Assembly (NCBI GenBank): GCA_964016885.1
Contig: OZ024752.1
Location: 24,490,001 to 24,554,000 of the forward strand
Length of the DNA stretch: 64,000 bases
Reading direction: 5' to 3'
Source: Eledone cirrhosa
Taxonomy: Eukaryota
Part shown: in pieces, positions 1-12,000 of the stretch
Position numbering within the stretch: the first letter of the stretch is position 1
How the letters are laid out: every line of letters starts with the position of its first letter
Notes under the pieces: generated by a model
Databases searched by the model: none
The model's input: the letters and a program-made list of their open reading frames with translations, nothing else
What the model was told of the DNA's origin: nothing
Made by a program: the position numbers and the translations under genes

Positions 1-3000
1 GTGAGAATTTTCAGTGCCTGGAATCCAGTCTCGATAGCTGTTCCTTTTACCGAATTATAATTATATTTATATGAGTCCCCAGTGTCCGCGCATTGCCTGG
101 AGACTTGGCTGAGAATAGATTTCCCTGATGACGCAATGAAATTCTCAACAGTTCATTACGTAACTGTCTTTACCCCATTGCAGAAACTAATTAGTTGGAG
201 TGAAAATTTAAGTAAGTAAGTTAATTCTTTAAAATTTTTTTTTTAATTTTCTTATTTTACGTCTTTTATATTATTGTTCTGCATCCTCCTGCATTGAACC
301 ACCTAGGTACTATGACATAACCTGTGTATTTGCTGGCATTAGCGTACATATGTGCGCTTATGTTAGTAGATATATTAAATTATCTATACTTATCTCCAAA
401 TCACTGATTTGTCGAGCAAACCTGCCAAAACCACTACTAAATTTTTTGGGGGGTGTTAGTAGGCGTCTGTCATATTACCATCCCATTCCTACTGACTAGC
501 CTCAGTGTCACGTGATTGATTCTTTAGAATCGGCCATTTGACTAGTGGCAGTGAGAATTTTCAGTGCCTGGAATCCAGTCCACGATAGCTGTTCCTTTTA
601 CCGAATTATTATTATTTTTATATGAGTCCCCAGTGTCCGCGCATTGCCTGGAGACTTGGCTGAGAATAGACCTCCCTGATGACGCAATGAAATTCTCAAC
701 AGTTCATTACGTAACTGTCTTTATCCCATTGCAGAAACTAATTAGATGGAGTGAAAATTTAAGTAAGTTAATTCTTTAAAATTTTTTTTTTTAATTTTCT
801 TATTTTACGTCTTTTATATTATTGTTCTGCATCCTCCTGCATTGAACCACCTAGGTACTATGACATAACCTGTGTATTTTCTGGCATTAGCGTACATCTG
901 TGCGCTTATGTTAGTAGATATATTAAATTATCTATATTTATTTCCAAATCACTGATTTGTCGAGCAAACCTGCCAAATCCACTACTAAATTTTTGGGGCG
1001 TTGTTAGTAGGCGTCTGTCATCTTACCATCCCATTCCTACTGACTAGCCTCAGTGTCACGTGATTGATTCTTTAGAATCGGCCATTTGACCAGTGGCAGT
1101 GAGAATTTTCAGTGCCTGGAATCCAGTCCACGATAGCTGTTCCTTTTAGCGAATTATTATTATTTTTATATGAGTCCCCAGTGTCCGCGCATTGCCTGGA
1201 GACTTGGCTGAGAATAGACCTCCCTGATGACGCAATGAAATTCTCAACAGTTCATTACGTAACTGTCTTTATCCCATTGCAGAAACTAATTAGTTGGAGT
1301 GAAAATTTAAGTAAGTTAATTCTTTAAAAATTTTTTTTTAAATTTTCTTATTTTACGTCTTTTATATTATTGTTCTGCATCCTCATGCATTGAACCACCT
1401 AGGTACTATGACATAACCTGTGTATTTGCTGGCATTAGCGTACATCTGTGCGCTTATGTTAGTAGATATATTAAATTATCTATATTTATTTCCAAATCAC
1501 TGATTTGTCGAGCAAACCTGCCAAATCCAGTACTAAATTTTTGGGGCGTTGTTAGTAGGCGTCTGTCATCTTACCATCCCATTCCTACTGACTAGCCTCA
1601 GTGTCACGTGATTGATTCTTTAGAATCGGCCATTTGACCAGTGGCAGTGAGAATTTTCAGTGCCTGGAATCCAGTCTCGATAGCTGTTCCTTTTACCGAA
1701 TTATAATTATATTTATATGAGTCCCCAGTGTCCGCGCATTGCCTGGAGACTTGGCTGAGAATAGATTTCCCTGATGACGCAATGAAATTCTCAACAGTTC
1801 ATTACGTAACTGTCTTTACCCCATTGCAGAAACTAATTAGTTGGAGTGAAAATTTAAGTAAGTAAGTTAATTCTTTAAAATTTTTTTTTTAATTTTCTTA
1901 TTTTACGTCTTTTATATTATTGTTCTGCATCCTCCTGCATTGAACCACCTAGGTACTATGACATAACCTGTGTATTTGCTGGCATTAGCGTACATATGTG
2001 CGCTTATGTTAGTAGATATATTAAATTATCTATATTTATCTCCAAATCACTGATTTGTCGAGCAAACCTGCTAAAACCACTACAAAATTTTTTGGGGGGT
2101 GTTAGTAGGCGTCTGTCATCTTACCATCCCATTCCTACTGACTAGCCTCAGTGTCACGTGATTGATTCTTTAGAATCGGCCATTTGACCAGTGGCAGTGA
2201 GAATTTTCAGTGCCTGGAATCCAGTCCACGATAGCTGTTCCTTTTAGCGAATTATTATTATTTTTATATGAGTCCCCAGTGTCCGCGCATTGCCTGGAGA
2301 CTTGGCTGAGAATAGACCTCCCTGATGACGCAATGAAATTCTCAACAGTTCATTACGTAACTGTCTTTATCCCATTGCAGAAACTAATTAGTTGGAGTGA
2401 AAATTTAAGTAAGTTAATTCTTAAAAAATTTTTTTTTAAATTTTCTTATTTTACGTCTTTTATATTATTGTTCTGCATCCTCATGCATTGAACCACCTAG
2501 GTACTATGACATAACCTGTGTATTTGCTGGCATTAGCGTACATCTGTGCGCTTATGTTAGTAGATATATTAAATTATCTATATTTATCTCCAAATCACTG
2601 ATTTGTCGAGCAAACCTGCCAAAACCACTACTAAATTTTTTTGGGGGTGTTAGTAGGCGTCTGTCATCTTACCATCCCATTCCTACTGACTAGCCTCAGT
2701 GTCACGTGATTGATTCTTTAGAATCGGCCAATTGACCAGTGGCCGTGAGAATTTTCAGTGCCTGGAATTCAGTCCTCGATAGCTGTTCCATTTACCGAAT
2801 TATTATTATTTTTATATGAGTCCCCAGTGTCCGCGAATTGCCTGGAGAATTGGCTGAGAATAAACCTCCCTGATGACGCAATGAAATTCTCAACAGTTCA
2901 TTACATAACTGTCTTTATCCCATTGCAGAAACTAATTAGTTGGAGTGAAAATTTAAGTAAGTTAATTCTTTAAAACTTTTAAAAAATTTTTTTTTATTTT

Positions 3001-6000
3001 ACGTCTTTTATATTATTGTTCTGCATCCTCCTGCATTGAACCACCTAGGTACTATGACATAACCTGTGTATTTTCTGGCATTAGCGTACATCTGTGCGCT
3101 TATGTTAGTAGATATATTAAATTATCTATATTTATCTCCAAATCACTGATTTGTCGAGCAAACCTGACAAAACCACTAATAAATTTTTTTTGGGGGGGGT
3201 GTTTGTAGGCGTCTGTCATCTTACCATCCCATTCCTACTGACTAGCCTCAGTGTCACGTGATTGATTCTTTAGAATTGGCCATTTGACCAGTGGCAGTGA
3301 GAATTTTCAGTGCCTGGAATACGTTCCTCGATAGCTGTTCCTTTTACCGAATTATTATTATTTTTATATGATTCCCCAGTGTCCGCGCATTGCCTGGAGA
3401 CTTGGCTGAGAATAGACCTCCCTGATGACGCAATGAAATTCTCAACAGTTCATTACGTAACTGTCTTTATCCTATTGCAGAAACTAATTAGTTGGAGTGA
3501 AAATCTAAGTAAGTTAATTATTTAAAATTTTTTTTTATTAATTTTCTTATTTTACGTCTTTTATATTATTGTTCTTCATCCTCCTGCATTGAACCACCTA
3601 GGTACTATGAGATAACCTGTGTATTTGCTGGCATTAGCGTACATCTGTGCGCTTATGTTAGTAGATATATTAAATTATCTATACTTATCTCCAAATCACT
3701 GATTTGTCGAGCAAACCTGCCAAAACCACTACTAAATTTTTTGGGGGGTGTTAGTAGGCGTCTGTCATATTACCATCCCATTCCTACTGACTAGCCTCAG
3801 TGTCACGTGATTGATTCTTTAGAATCGGCCATTTGACTAGTGGCAGTGAGAATTTTCAGTGCCTGGAATCCAGTCCACGATAGCTGTTCCTTTTACCGAA
3901 TTATTATTATTTTTATATGAGTCCCCAGTGTCCGCGCATTGCCTGGAGACTTGGCTGAGAATAGACCTCCCTGATGACGCAATGAAATTCTCAACAGTTC
4001 ATTACGTAACTGTCTTTATCCCATTGCAGAAACTAATTAGATGGAGTGAAAATTTAAGTAAGTTAATTCTTAAAAATTTTTTTTTTTAATTTTCTTATTT
4101 TACGTCTTTTATATTATTGTTCTGCATCCTCCTGCATTGAACCACCTAGGTACTATGACATAACCTGTGTATTTTCTGGCATTAGCGTACATCTGTGCGC
4201 TTATGTTAGTAGATATATTAAATTATCTATATTTATTTCCAAATCACTGATTTGTCGAGCAAACCTGCCAAATCCACTACTAAATTTTTGGGGCGTTGTT
4301 AGTAGGCGTCTGTCATCTTACCATCCCATTCCTACTGACTAGCCTCAGTGTCACGTGATTGATTCTTTAGAATCGGCCATTTGACCAGTGGCTGTGAGAA
4401 TTTTCAGTGCCTGGAATCCAGTCTCGATAGCTGTTCCTTTTACCGAATTATAATTATATTTATATGAGTCCCCAGTGTCCGCGCATTGCCTGGAGACTTG
4501 GCTGAGAATAGATTTCCCTGATGACGCAATGAAATTCTCAACAGTTCATTACGTAACTGTCTTTACCCCATTGCAGAAACTAATTAGTTGGAGTGAAAAT
4601 TTAAGTAAGTAAGTTAATTCTTTAAAATTTTTTTTTTAATTTTCTTATTTTACGTCTTTTATATTATTGTTCTGCATCCTCCTGCATTGAACCACCTAGG
4701 TACTATGACATAACCTGTGTATTTGCTGGCATTAGCGTACATATGTGCGCTTATGTTAGTAGATATATTAAATTATCTATATTTATCTCCAAATCACTGA
4801 TTTGTCGAGCAAACCTGCTAAAACCACTACAAAATTTTTTGGGGGGTGTTAGTAGGCGTCTGTCATCTTACCATCCCATTCCTACTGACTAGCCTCAGTG
4901 TCACGTGATTTATTCTTTAGAATCGGCCATTTGACTAGTGGCAGTGAGAATTTTCAGTGCCTGGAATCCAGTCCACGATAGCTGTTCCTTTTACCGAATT
5001 ATTATTATTTTTATATGAGTCCCCAGTGTCCGCGCATTGCCTGGAGACTTGGCTGAGAATAGACCTCCCTGATGACGCAATGAAATTCTCAACAGTTCAT
5101 TACGTAACTGTCTTTATCCCATTGCAGAAACTAATTAGATGGAGTGAAAATTTAAGTAAGTTAATTCTTTAAAATTTTTTTTTTTAATTTTCTTATATTA
5201 CGTCTTTTATATTATTGTTCTGCATCCTCCTGCATTGTACCACCTAGGTACTATGACATAACCTATGTATTTTCTGGCATTAGCGTACATCTGTGCCCTT
5301 ATGTTAGTAAAATATATTAAATTATCTATATTTATCTCCAAATCACTGATTTGTCGAGCAAACCTGCCAAAACCACAACAAAATGTTTTTGGGGGTGTTA
5401 AAAGGCGTCTGTCATCTTACCATCCCATTCCTACTGACTAGCCTCAGTGTCACGTGATTGATTCTTTAGAATCGGCCATTTGACCAGTGGCAGTGAGAAT
5501 TTTCAGTGCCTGGAATCCAGTCAACGATAGCTGTTCCTTTTAGCGAATTATTATTATTTTTATATGAGTCCCCAGTGTCCGCGCATTGCCTGGAGACTTG
5601 GCTGAGAATAGACCTCCCTGATGACGCAATGAAATTCTCAACAGTTCATTACGTAACTGTCTTTATCCCATTGCAGAAACTAATTAGTTGGAGTGAAAAT
5701 TTAAGTAAGTTAATTCTTTAAAAAATTTTTTTTAAATTTTCTTATTTTACGTCTTTTATATTATTGTTCTGCATCCTCATGCATTGAACCACCTAGGTAC
5801 TATGACATAACCTGTGTATTTTCTGGCATTAGCGTACATCTGTGCGCTTATGTTAGTAGATATATTAAATTATCTATATTTATCTCCAAATCACTGATTT
5901 GTCGAGCAAACCTGCCAAAACCACTACTAAATTTTTTTTGGGGGGGTGTTTGTAGGCGTCTGTCATCTTACCATCCCATTCCTACTGACTAGCCTCAGTG

Positions 6001-9000
6001 TCACGTGATTGATTCTTTAGAATTGGCCATTTGACCAGTGGCAGTGAGAATTTTCAGTGCCTGGAATACGTTCCTCGATAGCTGTTCCTTTTACCGAATT
6101 ATTATTATTTTTATATGATTCCCCAGTGTCCGCGCATTGCCTGGAGACTTGGCTGAGAATAGACCTCCCTGATGACCCAATGAAATTCTCAACAGTTCAT
6201 TACGTAACTGTCTTTATCCCATTGCAGAAACTAATTAGTTGGAGTGAAAATTTAAGTAAGTTAATTCTTTAAAATTTTTTTTAAAAATGTTCTTATTTTA
6301 CGTCTTTTATATTATTGTTCTGCATCCTCCTGCATTGAACCACCTAGGTACTATGACATAACCTGTGTATTTGCTGGCATTAGCGTACATCTGTGCGCTT
6401 ATGTTAGCAGATATATTAAATTATCTATATTTATCTCCAAATCACTGATTTGTCGAGCAAACCTGCCAAAACCACTACTAAATTTTTTGGGGGGTGTTAG
6501 TAGGCGTCTGTCATCTTACCATCCCATTCCTACTGACTAGCCTCAGTGTCACGTGATTGATTCTTTAGAATCGGCTATTTGACCAGTGGCCGTGAGAATT
6601 TTCAGTGCCTGGAATCCAGTCCTCGATAGCTGTTCCATTTACCGAATTATTATTATTTTTATATGAGTCCCCAGTGTCCGCGCATTGCCTGGAGACTTGG
6701 CTGAGAATAGACCTCCCTGATGACGCAATGAAATTCTCAACAGTTCATTACGTAACTGTCTTTATCCTATTGCAGAAACTAATTAGTTGGAGTGAAAATC
6801 TAAGTAAGTTAATTATTTAAAATTTTTTTTTATTAATTTTCTTATTTTACGTCTTTTATATTATTGTTCTTCATCCTCCTGCATTGAACCACCTAGGTAC
6901 TATGAGATAACCTGTGTATTTGCTGGCATTAGCGTACATCTGTGCGCTTATGTTAGTAGATATATTAAATTATCTATACTTATCTCCAAATCACTGATTT
7001 GTCGAGCAAACCTGCCAAAACCACTACTAAATTTTTTGGGGGGTGTTAGTAGGCGTCTGTCATATTACCATCCCATTCCTACTGACTAGCCTCAGTGTCA
7101 CGTGATTGATTCTTTAGAATCGGCCATTTGACTAGTGGCAGTGAGAATTTTCAGTGCCTGGAATCCAGTCCACGATAGCTGTTCCTTTTACCGAATTATT
7201 ATTATTTTTATATGAGTCCCCAGTGTCCGCGCATTGCCTGGAGACTTGGCTGAGAATAGACCTCCCTGATGACGCAATGAAATTCTCAACAGTTCATTAC
7301 GTAACTGTCTTTATCCCATTGCAGAAACTAATTAGATGGAGTGAAAATTTAAGTAAGTTAATTCTTAAAAATTTTTTTTTTTAATTTTCTTATTTTACGT
7401 CTTTTATATTATTGTTCTGCATCCTCCTGCATTGAACCACCTAGGTACTATGACATAACCTGTGTATTTTCTGGCATTAGCGTACATCTGTGCGCTTATG
7501 TTAGTAGATATATTAAATTATCTATATTTATTTCCAAATCACTGATTTGTCGAGCAAACCTGCCAAATCCACTACTAAATTTTTGGGGCGTTGTTAGTAG
7601 GCGTCTGTCATCTTACCATCCCATTCCTACTGACTAGCCTCAGTGTCACGTGATTGATTCTTTAGAATCGGCCATTTGACCAGTGGCAGTGAGAATTTTC
7701 AGTGCCTGGAATCCAGTCTCGATAGCTGTTCCTTTTACCGAATTATAATTATATTTATATGAGTCCCCAGTGTCCGCGCATTGCCTGGAGACTTGGCTGA
7801 GAATAGATTTCCCTGATGACGCAATGAAATTCTCAACAGTTCATTACGTAACTGTCTTTACCCCATTGCAGAAACTAATTAGTTGGAGTGAAAATTTAAG
7901 TAAGTAAGTTAATTCTTTAAAATTTTTTTTTTAATTTTCTTGTTTTACGTCTTTTATATTATTGTTCTGCATCCTCCTGCATTGAACCACCTAGGTACTA
8001 TGACATAACCTGTGTATTTGCTGGCATTAGCGTACATATGTGCGCTTATGTTAGTAGATATATTAAATTATCTATATTTATCTCCAAATCACTGATTTGT
8101 CGAGCAAACCTGCTAAAACCACAACAAAATGTTTTTGGGGGTGTTAAAAGGCGTCTGTCATCTTACCATCCCATTCCTACTGACTAGCCTCAGTGTCACG
8201 TGATTGATTCTTTAGAATCGGCCATTTGACCAGTGGCAGTGAGAATTTTCAGTGCCTGGAATCCAGTCAACGATAGCTGTTCCTTTTAGCGAATTATTAT
8301 TATTTTTATATGAGTCCCCAGTGTCCGCGCATTGCCTGGAGACTTGGCTGAGAATAGACCTCCCTGATGACGCAATGAAATTCTCAACAGTTCATTACGT
8401 AACTGTCTTTATCCCATTGCAGAAACTAATTAGTTGGAGTGAAAATTTAAGTAAGTTAATTCTTTAAAAAATTTTTTTTAAATTTTCTTATTTTACGTCT
8501 TTTATATTATTGTTCTGCATCCTCATGCATTGAACCACCTAGGTACTATGACATAACCTGTATATTTTCTGGCATTAGCGTACATCTGTGCGCTTATGTT
8601 AGTAGATATATTAAATTATCTATATTTATCTCCAAATCACTGATTTGTCGAGCAAACCTGCCAAAACCACTACTAAATTTTTTTTGGGGGGGTGTTTGTA
8701 GGCGTCTGTCATCTTACCATCCCATTCCTACTGACTAGCCTCAGTGTCACGTGATTGATTCTTTAGAATTGGCCATTTGACCAGTGGCAGTGAGAATTTT
8801 CAGTGCCTGGAATACGTTCCTCGATAGCTGTTCCTTTTACCGAATTATTATTATTTTTATATGATTCCCCAGTGTCCGCGCATTGCCTGGAGACTTGGCT
8901 GAGAATAGACCTCCCTGATGACCCAATGAAATTCTCAACAGTTCATTACGTAACTGTCTTTATCCCATTGCAGAAACTAATTAGTTGGAGTGAAAATTTA

Positions 9001-12000
9001 AGTAAGTTAATTCTTTAAAATTTTTTTTAAAAAAGTTCTTATTTTACGTCTTTTATATTATTGTTCTGCATCCTCCTGCATTGAACCACCTAGGTACTAT
9101 GACATAACCTGTGTATTTGCTGGCATTAGCGTACATCTGTGCGCTTATGTTAGCAGATATATTAAATTATCTATATTTATCTCCAAATCACTGATTTGTC
9201 GAGCAAACCTGCCAAAACCACTACTAAATTTTTTGGGGGGTGTTAGTAGGCGTCTGTCATCTTACCATCCCATTCCTACTGACTAGCCTCAGTGTCACGT
9301 GATTGATTCTTTAGAATCGGCTATTTGACCAGTGGCCGTGAGAATTTTCAGTGCCTGGAATCCAGTCCTCGATAGCTGTTCCATTTACCGAATTATTATT
9401 ATTTTTATATGAGTCCCCAGTGTCCGCGCATTGCCTGGAGACTTGGCTGAGAATAAAGCTCCCTGATGACGCAATGAAATTATCAACAGTTCATTACATA
9501 ACTGTCTTTATCCCATTGCAGAAACTAATTAGATGGAGTGAAAATTTAAGTAAGTTAATTCTTTAAAATTTTTTTTTTAAATTTTCTTATATTACGTCTT
9601 TTATATTATTGTTCTGCATCCTCCTGCATTGTACCACCTAGGTACTATGACATAACCTATGTATTTTCTGGCATTAGCGTACATCTGTGCCCTTATGTTA
9701 GTAAAATATATTAAATTATCTATATTTATCTCCAAATCACTGATTTGTCGAGCAAACCTGCCAAAACCACAACAAAATGTTTTTGGGGGTGTTAAAAGGC
9801 GTCTGTCATCTTACCATCCCATTCCTACTGACTAGCCTCAGTGTCACGTGATTGATTCTTTAGAATCGGCCATTTGACCAGTGGCAGTGAGAATTTTCAG
9901 TGCCTGGAATCCAGTCAACGATAGCTGTTCCTTTTAGCGAATTATTATTATTTTTATATGAGTCCCCAGTGTCCGCGCATTGCCTGGAGACTTGGCTGAG
10001 AATAGACCTCCCTGATGACGCAATGAAATTCTCAACAGTTCATTACGTAACTGTCTTTATCCCATTGCAGAAACTAATTAGTTGGAGTGAAAATTTAAGT
10101 AAGTTAATTCTTTAAAAAATTTTTTTTAAATTTTCTTATTTTACGTCTTTTATATTATTGTTCTGCATCCTCATGCATTGAACCACCTAGGTACTATGAC
10201 ATAACCTGTGTATTTGCTGGCATTAGCGTACATCTGTGCGCTTATGTTAGTAGATATATTAAATTATCTATATTTATCTCCAAATCACTGATTTGTCGAG
10301 CAAACCTGCCAAAACCACTACTAAATTTTTTTGGGGGTGTTAGTAGGCGTCTGTCATCTTACCATCCCATTCCTACTGACTAGCCTCAGTGTCACGTGAT
10401 TGATTCTTTAGAATCGGCTATTTGACCAGTGGCCGTGAGAATTTTCAGTGCCTGGAATTCAGTCCTCGATAGCTGTTCCATTTACCGAATTATTATTATT
10501 TTTATATGAGTCCCCAGTGTCCGCGAATTGCCTGGAGAATTGGCTGAGAATAAACCTCCCTGTTGACGCAATGAAATTCTCAACAGTTCATTACATAACT
10601 GTCTTTATCCCATTGCAGAAACTAATTAGTTGGAGTGAAAATTTAAGTAAGTTAATTCTTTAAAACTTTTTTAAAAAAATTTTTTATTTTACGTCTTTTA
10701 TATTATTGTTCTGCATCCTCCTGCATTGAACCACCTAGGTACTATGACATAACCTGTGTATTTTCTGGCATTAGCGTACATCTGTGCGCTTATGTTAGTA
10801 GATATATTAAATTATCTATATTTATCTCCAAATCACTGATTTGTCGAGCAAACCTGCCAAAACCACTACTAAATTTTTTTTGGGGGGGGGGGTGTTTGTA
10901 GGCGTCTGTCATCTTACCATCCCATTCCTACTGACTAGCCTCAGTGTCACGTGATTGATTCTTTAGAATTGGCCATTTGACCAGTGGCAGTGAGAATTTT
11001 CAGTGCCTGGAATACGTTCCTCGATAGCTGTTCCTTTTACCGAATTATTATTATTTTTATATGATTCCCCAGTGTCCGCGCATTGCCTGGAGACTTGGCT
11101 GAGAATAGACCTCCCTGATGACCCAATGAAATTCTCAACAGTTCATTACGTAACTGTCTTTATCCCATTGCAGAAACTAATTAGTTGGAGTGAAAATTTA
11201 AGTAAGTTAATTCTTTAAAATTTTTTTTAAAAATGTTCTTATTTTACGTCTTTTATATTATTGTTCTGCATCCTCCTGCATTGAACCACCTAGGTACTAT
11301 GACATAACCTGTGTATTTGCTGGCATTAGCGTACATCTGTGCGCTTATGTTAGCAGATATATTAAATTATCTATATTTATCTCCAAATCACTGATTTGTC
11401 GAGCAAACCTGCCAAAACCACTACTAAATTTTTTGGGGGGTGTTAGTAGGCGTCTGTCATCTTACCATCCCATTCCTACTGACTAGCCTCAGTGTCACGT
11501 GATTGATTCTTTAGAATCGGCCATTTGACCAGTGGCAGTGAGAATTTTCAGTGCCTGGAATCCAGTCCTCGATAGCTGTTCCTTTTACCGAATTATAATT
11601 ATTTTTATATGAGTCCCCAGTGTCCGCGCATTGCCTGGAGACTTGGCTGAGAATAGACCTCCCTGATGACGCAATGAAATTCTCAACAGTTCATTACGTA
11701 ACTGTCTTTATCCCATTGCAGAAACTAATTAGTTGGAGTGAAAATCTAAGTAAGTTAATTATTTAAAATTTTTTTTTATTAATTTTCTTATTTTACGTCT
11801 TTTATATTATTGTTCTTCATCCTCCTGCATTGAACCACGTAGGTACTATGACATAACCTGTGTATTTTATGGCATTAGCGTACATCTGTGCGCTTATGTT
11901 AGTAGATATATTAAATTATCTATATTTATCTCCAAATCACTGATTTGTCGAGCAAACCTGCCAAATCCACTACTAAATTTTTTTTTGTGGGGGGGGGTGT

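Noticed and set aside
334-422. Pol III A-box/B-box (TGGCATTAGCG ... TGTCGAGC) in the satellite unit
   Set aside because: Both match consensus poorly, and T-runs would terminate Pol III before the ribozyme.
1209-1246. Type III hammerhead using the first GAAA (TGAGAATA-gacctcc-CTGATGA-cgcaat-GAAATTCTCA)
   Set aside because: Stem III pairs over 7 bp, but stems I and II cannot form. The type I fold using the second GAAA satisfies all three helices; the pairing is kept only as a possible competing structure.
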